Below are positions 57,725-64,000 of a DNA stretch of 64,000 nucleotides, in pieces. The translations under genes and the position numbers were made by a program. This DNA comes from Syntrophorhabdaceae bacterium. Lineage in GTDB: Bacteria; Desulfobacterota; Syntrophorhabdia; Syntrophorhabdales; Syntrophorhabdaceae. The number at the start of each line of letters is the position of its first letter. Position 1 is the stretch's first letter. The DNA is taken from the NCBI GenBank assembly GCA_963665295.1, contig OY762209.1:768001-832000 (forward strand), in the 5' to 3' direction. Under the pieces are notes generated by a model. It saw only the letters and a program-made list of their open reading frames with translations, was not told the DNA's origin and did no database searches.

Positions 57725-58687
57725 ATGCCGCGCCATGCCCGTCTGGACGCCGAAGGTGTGCTCCACCATATAATTGTCCGTGGCATCGAGCGACGGTTAA
57801 TCTTCCGTGATAATAGTGACAGAGACCGTTTTGCGGAGCGGATGGGGAAGATATTCGACGACACCCACACTCCCTGTTACGCATGGGCGCTCCTCGGCAA
57901 TCACGCCCACCTTTTACTCAAAACAGGCGAGACTCCTCTCCATACAGTCATGGCCCGTCTTCTTACGGGTCATGCAGTCACCTTCAATAAAAAATATCGC
58001 CGCCATGGTCAACTCTTTCAGAATCGATACAAGTCGATTCTCTGCCAGGAAGACGCCTATCTCACCGAACTGGTCTTATATATTCATCTCAATCCCATAA
58101 GGGCAGGAATCATCAAGGACCTTGCGGGGCTTTCAACCTACCCTTACTCCGGTCATGCCGTCCTCATGGGCAAGGTCCTTCATCCATGGCAGGATATGGA
58201 CTACGTGCTCCGTTATTTCGGCCTGAAGACTGCACGAGAGGCATACCTTTCCTCGATGGAGAACCGACTTCTCAGAGGGAAGAGGCCTGACCTGGTAGGC
58301 GGCGGACTGATAAGAAGTTATGGTTCGTGGGCAGAGGTGAAAAAGACCGGTCAACGCGTAAAAGGCGATGAACGCATACTGGGAGACAGCGATTTTGTTC
58401 AGAGGATGCTTACCGGAGAACCCCGCCGCATCACGGCCGACCCGGAAGGTCCGACCCTCGATTATCTCGCCGGACGGGTCCGCGAGCTCTATGGCATTAC
58501 CCTCGAGAGTCTCGGCAGTGGAAGTCGCAGGTCTGCCGTGGTGGAAGCTCGAAGTCTCTGGGCTCATCTCCACGGACGATTTCCTGCGGCCCGGATCGCC
58601 CGATTTCTCAACATGACTCCGCCGGGGATAGGATACGCAGTTGAACGGGGGGAGAGAATTGCTCGTGAGAAGGGCTATGTACTATGA
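57725..58687 (+). CDS. REP-associated tyrosine transposase (RAYT / Y1 HUH)
   Basis: MPR.AR, HHIIVRG, NHAHLL, GQLFQNRYKS, YIHLNP.RAG, Y.YS; 22-bp IRs at 57667..57688 and 58688..58709. Confidence 0.92.
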   Translation: MPRHARLDAEGVLHHIIVRGIERRLIFRDNSDRDRFAERMGKIFDDTHTPCYAWALLGNHAHLLLKTGETPLHTVMARLLTGHAVTFNKKYRRHGQLFQNRYKSILCQEDAYLTELVLYIHLNPIRAGIIKDLAGLSTYPYSGHAVLMGKVLHPWQDMDYVLRYFGLKTAREAYLSSMENRLLRGKRPDLVGGGLIRSYGSWAEVKKTGQRVKGDERILGDSDFVQRMLTGEPRRITADPEGPTLDYLAGRVRELYGITLESLGSGSRRSAVVEARSLWAHLHGRFPAARIARFLNMTPPGIGYAVERGERIAREKGYVL

Positions 58688-58741
58688 GTTATTTAGTTAT
58701 TTACGGTCGGTTGCCAAAGCCACCCCCAAAGCCACCCCACT

Positions 58742-59725
58742 CTATGACAGGGAGTCTCTGTAGGCATTTATCTTCCAGATCTCGCGGCTGGCCTCCTTTT
58801 GTATCAGACGGTTATAAGACTTCATGCTCCGAACGACTTTCATGCGCCGGCGGTACTCGGGCGCCTCTCGCCAGCGTTCCAGCAAATGGCTATCTTGAAA
58901 TATGATCTCTTTGAAAGCATTGGAAATGCAGCGTCTCTTATATTCCTCAATTATTTCTTCTGAGACGCCTTGTTCCGTCATCCACAATTTATCCCAGTTT
59001 TCCCTCCTATCTATTGAGAGAAGCATCCTTGGAGACAGAGCTACCATAATGCTGTGCCCGTCGATAAGAATGGGGGACTCGGAAAGAGGAAACATATGTT
59101 CTTTCGTGACGTATATTGTCCACTTTGCAGTCGCAATCGGATTGACTACCTTAAACAAGAAGGATGGATCAGATAGTAGCCATCTAAGGTTAAGGTAGTA
59201 TTCAAACAACTGCATTCCAAGATGTTCTTGATAGAACTCTATCCCTGAGCGAAGAATCGCGTGACTTCGCATATTCTGGATCACAATAAAGCAGGCAAGT
59301 GGCGCCTTGTGTTTGCTGGACTCTAACTTCTCATTCGTAATTACAGTGATTAAGCTTTTATACGCGGAGGTTGTTGCTTCTATTCCTGTCCAGAAATCTT
59401 CGAAGTCCAACAAAAGAGTTTCCGGCCTCTCTTCCATATATTTCATGAAGTCGTCGTACTTCTCGGGATGATTTCTCTTGACAAAATCTTTCATAGCTTC
59501 TGGCGTAATTTCTGCGACCGCGAGACCTTTCTCCCAGTGAACATTTTCCACGTTTGTGGAGAGAACCTTGTCGCCTCGTAAGTTGAGGGAGAATACGCTC
59601 TGCTCTCGGGGCACAAGAACGTTCTCGCCGGCTCGCCTAGAGTTGTAGTAGTCGACGTTCCAGTAGGCTGTCCAAAAACAAGGATTAGAGTGACTTCGTT
59701 TGTTTAATCGTGCTATCTGGGACAT
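58742..59725 (-). CDS. Hypothetical protein, DUF4238-like
   Basis: N-terminal H..P..W, Q.MRS, F.LSESP, ALSPR.LL pattern. Confidence 0.5.
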   Translation of the reverse strand: MSQIARLNKRSHSNPCFWTAYWNVDYYNSRRAGENVLVPREQSVFSLNLRGDKVLSTNVENVHWEKGLAVAEITPEAMKDFVKRNHPEKYDDFMKYMEERPETLLLDFEDFWTGIEATTSAYKSLITVITNEKLESSKHKAPLACFIVIQNMRSHAILRSGIEFYQEHLGMQLFEYYLNLRWLLSDPSFLFKVVNPIATAKWTIYVTKEHMFPLSESPILIDGHSIMVALSPRMLLSIDRRENWDKLWMTEQGVSEEIIEEYKRRCISNAFKEIIFQDSHLLERWREAPEYRRRMKVVRSMKSYNRLIQKEASREIWKINAYRDSLS

Positions 59726-59756
59726 TTGCCAATCAACCTTTCGTAAAACGCCATTG

Positions 59757-60839
59757 CTAGTGTAGTGTCTCAGTAACGCCTTTACAGCGATTCACTTTTT
59801 CAAGTATCTCCTCGGCCTTCCTGGTCCATACGAAGGGTTTGGGGTCTTCGTTGTTGCAGCGAATATATTCTTCGATGGCGGTCACCAGTTCCTGAACGCT
59901 TTTGAAGATGCCGCGACGAATTCTCTTTCGTGTGATCTCCCCGAACCAGCGCTCCACCAGGTTAAGCCACGACGAGCTTGTGGGTGTAAAGTGGGGAACG
60001 AAACGGGGGTGTTTTTCGAGCCATGCTTTCACATTGGGGTGGGTATGAGTTCCGTAGTTGTCGAGAATCATATGGACATCGAGGCCCTTTGGCACCTGAC
60101 GGTCTATGGTACGCAGGAACTTAAGAAATTCGGTATTTCTGTGGCGGGGATAGCAGGAGCCTATGACTTTTCCTTCCAGAACATTGAGGGCGGCAAAAAG
60201 ACAGGTAGTGCCGTTCCTTTTGTAGTCGTGGGTCATCGTGCCGCAGCGCCCCTTCTTCATCGGTAATCCCGGCTGGGTCCGGTCCAGGGCCTGCACCTGG
60301 CTTTTCTCATCCACACAGAGTACCACCGCTTTGTCGGGAGGATTGAGATAGACGCCCACCACATCGGTCAGTTTCTCCACGAACTTCTTGTCTCTGGACA
60401 GCTTGAAAGTTTCTACCCGATGGGGCTGTAGTCCATGGGCATCCCAGATGCGCTGCACGGTGGCATGGCTCACGCCCTTCTCCTTTGCCATGGTGCGGGT
60501 GGACCAATGAGTTGCATCTTTGGGAGTTGTATGGAGTGTGGCTTCCACGATGGTGCGCACTATCTCCGGGTTAAGGCGCCTTGAACTCGGCCCATGGGGT
60601 GCGTCCTCTGATAAGCCCGAGGGACCTTGTTCTTTGAACCTGCCTACCCACAATATCACCGTAGGGCGGGAGGTATTGAGCCTCTTCACTATGGCGTTAT
60701 GGGACATCCCTTCTGCCGCGAGCAGGCAGATGCGGGAGCGTAGAACCACCCTTTGGGGAGTCTTCTTTGCTTTGACCCATGTTTCCAATGTCTTTCTCTG
60801 CTCTTCCGTCATGTCTAGCGTACTGGCTGGATTCCACAT
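59757..60839 (-). CDS. IS630 transposase
   Basis: CVDEKSQ.QALDR, HDYKRNGT, LDNYGTH, SWLNLVERWF. Confidence 0.95.
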   Translation of the reverse strand: MWNPASTLDMTEEQRKTLETWVKAKKTPQRVVLRSRICLLAAEGMSHNAIVKRLNTSRPTVILWVGRFKEQGPSGLSEDAPHGPSSRRLNPEIVRTIVEATLHTTPKDATHWSTRTMAKEKGVSHATVQRIWDAHGLQPHRVETFKLSRDKKFVEKLTDVVGVYLNPPDKAVVLCVDEKSQVQALDRTQPGLPMKKGRCGTMTHDYKRNGTTCLFAALNVLEGKVIGSCYPRHRNTEFLKFLRTIDRQVPKGLDVHMILDNYGTHTHPNVKAWLEKHPRFVPHFTPTSSSWLNLVERWFGEITRKRIRRGIFKSVQELVTAIEEYIRCNNEDPKPFVWTRKAEEILEKVNRCKGVTETLH

Positions 60840-60897
60840 GCACTATGATAGCATAGCCAAGGGTAATTGTAAAGCTATTAGTGAGCCAGTACACTAG
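59757..60897 (-). mobile_element. IS630-family element B, complete
   Basis: CTAG at both ends (CTAGTGTA.../...TACACTAG); single ORF. Confidence 0.95.
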
Positions 60898-61120
60898 TGC
60901 ACATACTACGGAGCGCTAACATAGGTCCTGCTATCAACGAATTATTGAGAAAATTTTTCGCCTCAAAGAAATAGAAAGATCATTAAAGACCTCAAATTGA
61001 CGTGCTGCCTGATGAATGCGGGCGCTGCAAATATGTGGTCCGATGCGCCGGCGGCTGCCGCAAGCCCTACGGGCTGGTTCAGTACAACGGCAAATTGATC
61101 GATTACTTGGTGGGATTTAT

Positions 61121-62545
61121 TTAAATCCTTTTGCTTCCTATCAGAAATTCTCCAACCGATGTCTCGGTGTAGTAGTCGAGCCCTGTCGCCCCGGCAAAAA
61201 GATCGGAATCGGCGCCGCCCAGGGCGCAGGGAGCCAGGTCCATTGCTGTTGCAACAAGGTACATGGTCTGATAGAGAACTCCGACGTTCTTCAGTGTAAG
61301 GTTGTATGCCATGGATTCATACTTCCAAGAGAGACGCTGGAATCTGGCTGCGATGGTAATGAGAATCTGTGGGTTATCATCCATTGCCGCTGAACCCTTG
61401 GCGTCTTTTAACAGCGCATCCGTTGCCTCTGTGGGATCGGATATTTTTTCAAGAACATGCCTATCCGGACGGTAGTGGTACAAGCCTGAGGGGATACCCC
61501 GGCATTCATTCACAATTATATAAAGCTCCAGTTCGTAAATAGCTCCTCCACCCGGATATGGCCGTATGCTCAAATCCTGATATTCATTTTTCCGTATTGC
61601 TTTTACTCTTGCGGTTCGGTAGAGGAATTCTCCGAGCTGGCGCTCGGTAACAGGCTCTTTTGCATATTCCCGGATGGATTTTCTCTCTTCCATGACGAGA
61701 GTGAAGGGGTGATCCTTCTCCCTCAAGGAGTCAATATCGGGTCGGTAGAGTGGAATGGTTTTTTCTCCTGCGGGCGGTTTGATTACAGGCAAAGACTCAA
61801 TTTTATAAAGAAAACGATAGGTGCCGCCATAGGGGTTCGAGTGCCTTCCAAGCCGGCTTCCGGCATGGAAAAGGAGGTCGTGGAAATCCCACTGGACAAG
61901 CGCTTCGTTTTCTTCAGGATATGCAGCGTGCGGTTTTACTTCGCACGCAAAACCGCTGCCGACGAGCATTCGCAAGAAGAGGACGATTGTATCGGACGGC
62001 AAATCCGGCAGCCTGCCGTATAACGAGGCGATGGTCTGCGGTCCGGCCAGTTCAGCGGCAATTACGAAGGTCATCTTTCCGTGCAGGGTGATTGTGCCGT
62101 GGGCAAGAGGAGATTCCATGACCATCTCCTGCCTTTTCCGGTGAATGTAAGCAAACCGGGAAAGAATGTATTCTGCCTCGGGATTGACAGGCTCAGGAGA
62201 AAAACTGAAAGAGGCGGATGCAGGACAAAGAGTGGCAAATCGTTGTCCGTTACAGTCAACGCTGTAACACAGAATCCGGTGTTCGGTGAAGATCTTCAAT
62301 AAGTAGTAGAGCTTCGGAAGTACACCCGTACCATCTTTTTCCAGAACATTGCCGGCAAGTTTGTCTTCTGTTGCCCCGGTCGAGGCAAGAATGTCGATGG
62401 CATCTCTCAGTCCGGGGGATAGTTCACCAAGGGCAAGTTCCTTGTAAGTGACAGGCATCCCGACAACAATGCGATCCGCCGATGGCGTTTTGACCTCAAC
62501 TCCTTTTACAAAAGAAAGCACATAGTGTACCGGCGGAGAAGTCAT
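61121..62545 (-). CDS. SagB-type azoline dehydrogenase (thiazole/oxazole RiPP)
   Basis: WDFHDLLFH..SR.GRH, RKSIR.Y, RPYPGGGA.YELE, WKYES.AY, LYQTMYLVATAM.LAPCALG. Confidence 0.92.
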   Translation of the reverse strand: MTSPPVHYVLSFVKGVEVKTPSADRIVVGMPVTYKELALGELSPGLRDAIDILASTGATEDKLAGNVLEKDGTGVLPKLYYLLKIFTEHRILCYSVDCNGQRFATLCPASASFSFSPEPVNPEAEYILSRFAYIHRKRQEMVMESPLAHGTITLHGKMTFVIAAELAGPQTIASLYGRLPDLPSDTIVLFLRMLVGSGFACEVKPHAAYPEENEALVQWDFHDLLFHAGSRLGRHSNPYGGTYRFLYKIESLPVIKPPAGEKTIPLYRPDIDSLREKDHPFTLVMEERKSIREYAKEPVTERQLGEFLYRTARVKAIRKNEYQDLSIRPYPGGGAIYELELYIIVNECRGIPSGLYHYRPDRHVLEKISDPTEATDALLKDAKGSAAMDDNPQILITIAARFQRLSWKYESMAYNLTLKNVGVLYQTMYLVATAMDLAPCALGGADSDLFAGATGLDYYTETSVGEFLIGSKRI

Positions 62546-63999
62546 AATATTTTGTACTCCCGATGCCGGAAAGCGTAAAACATTTCGTGGGCCTTAAAAA
62601 TCATGCCGCCAATCACCAGTGCAACGGTAACAGAGACTATGATGCCCCAGATCGTAAAATGACGGTTGGTTATCCACAAATCCAGCAGCCGCCAGAATGG
62701 CAGGAGGATACAGAAAAAGGACATGAATCCGCTTAATATTCCGTAAATCACATAGATTCGCTTTTCACGGGAGGGCGGTACAGGCCCGGTAGCAGGCCCA
62801 GGTCTCCTGAACCATCCGAGAATGCCGGTCTTAAGATAATCGAATGATTTCTTCTGCAGATTGGGGATTTCCGTCCAGTCCATGAGCATGTAATAGGAAT
62901 CCATCTTGATAAGGGGGTTGAAGTTCATGAGGAGGTTGAAGGCACCCATAATGGTAAGTGCGATCCATAGTGTGGCCCATGTACTTCCGGAAGCGGTGGT
63001 TATGCCGGCACACCATGCCGTTAACCCGAAAACAGCCCAGGAAACGAGCGGTCCCGCGAGAGACACCCATATCCGATGTGATTTCTTAGGGAAAGTCCAT
63101 GTCGACGTGGTATCGCAAAAGAAGATGAACATCGCCATGTACCACATAATGCCGAGTTTCCTGATTTGTCCGCCGAAATGTTTGCATGTCACCCCGTGGG
63201 CGAATTCGTGAAGTAGTGCATGTATAAGCATACACAGGTAGATCATCGCGATCATGGCGGGGTTTTGGAGGAACAGATTGTCTATGTGCTGAAATATATG
63301 AACGATGGCGTTCCGGTTCATGAAAAGAGGAATCAGCCCGGATAATCCGATTAAAATCATAACGGCTATGCTTAAAGGGTGAAACATGAAGCGCGTGTGT
63401 CTGTAGACCCAGGTTACCGCCGCATCGGGATGGGGAATACTGAATGTTGGTGAAAGCCATCGCCGCAATCGCTTCTTTCCCTGCTCCTTTTCCGATGCAC
63501 CTGCCAGCATGCCTGCAGCTTCCAATGTCTCGTAGAGTCTTTTGATATGTTCAGGTGAAATAAGTCCCAACTCCACGGAATGTTCCAGATAGATGTCTTT
63601 CAGTGTGTTCTTTCCATCAAGGCGGGTAAGAATAAACGTATCGGAGGGTGACAGTTTGAGCACTTTCTGGCTTCTGGTGTCATGGATAATGGCATCGCCT
63701 TGTTGACGGCCATCCGTTTTATCTTTCTGATACTCGATTGTCAGGTTTGTCCGCAGCTTCGGTGTGAGACCCATAACCCATAATTGTTTGGCCTGCCGCT
63801 CCGGACGGCAATACCGCATCATTACCAGCGAGGCGCGATTGCCGTCAATTCGAAAAAACACCCGGTCCATCGTGCGCTTGATAATGTGGAGCCACAACCC
63901 TTCAAGCGTGTCTTCAGAGTCTTCTTCGGCTGAGGGAACCTCGTAATCAGGTTCCTTATGGGGATTGAGCGGGATGGAGGCGTCATAAATAAAATGCAC
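62542..63999 (-). CDS. M50-family zinc metallopeptidase with PqqD/RRE-like domain (5' end may lie beyond window)
   Basis: HEFAH, AGP, NFNPL.K.D.YY, TM segments; upstream RRE-like ..LDGKNTL.DI. Confidence 0.85.
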   Translation of the reverse strand: MHFIYDASIPLNPHKEPDYEVPSAEEDSEDTLEGLWLHIIKRTMDRVFFRIDGNRASLVMMRYCRPERQAKQLWVMGLTPKLRTNLTIEYQKDKTDGRQQGDAIIHDTRSQKVLKLSPSDTFILTRLDGKNTLKDIYLEHSVELGLISPEHIKRLYETLEAAGMLAGASEKEQGKKRLRRWLSPTFSIPHPDAAVTWVYRHTRFMFHPLSIAVMILIGLSGLIPLFMNRNAIVHIFQHIDNLFLQNPAMIAMIYLCMLIHALLHEFAHGVTCKHFGGQIRKLGIMWYMAMFIFFCDTTSTWTFPKKSHRIWVSLAGPLVSWAVFGLTAWCAGITTASGSTWATLWIALTIMGAFNLLMNFNPLIKMDSYYMLMDWTEIPNLQKKSFDYLKTGILGWFRRPGPATGPVPPSREKRIYVIYGILSGFMSFFCILLPFWRLLDLWITNRHFTIWGIIVSVTVALVIGGMIFKAHEMFYAFRHREYKIL

Positions 64000-64000
64000 C

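Noticed and set aside
1..64000. CRISPR array, cas genes, rRNA, retron/reverse transcriptase
   Set aside because: No regularly spaced repeat-spacer array and no Cas, rRNA or RT (YxDD) signatures were seen by eye.

Overview
Positions <1 to 45021 are the right-hand part of an integrative conjugative element (ICE). It ends in a duplicated 3' end of the tmRNA gene (attR-like, about 44996-45021), with an AlpA-type excisionase just inside; the integrase is not in the window. The backbone has an IncP-like trb mating-pair segment (eex-trbL-trbF-trbG-trbI), a MOB_F relaxase-helicase, a recognisable MOB_F oriT, two RHH-like proteins and a TrwB-like coupling protein. Two probable establishment operons are each bracketed by a conserved structured leader and a conserved trailer. 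The cargo looks like a defence island: an IS3-disrupted two-gene system with a PD-(D/E)xK nuclease, HNH and HEPN genes between degenerate attC sites, YhcG, and a type IV BREX locus (brxP-brxC-pglZ-brxL) with two extra genes. The most unusual cargo is a two-gene unit. It encodes a membrane-anchored phosphoribosyltransferase and a 1868-aa protein fusing an HD phosphohydrolase, a double-domain KaiC-like ATPase and a solute-binding-protein-like domain. Beyond the att site are a Fic gene, a metallophosphoesterase fusion, a nested IS pile-up (IS110, IS630, three tandem IS66), a RAYT transposase, an intact IS630 and the end of an azole-RiPP cluster (SagB-type dehydrogenase, RRE-M50 peptidase). All family calls come from motifs read by eye; no searches were run.
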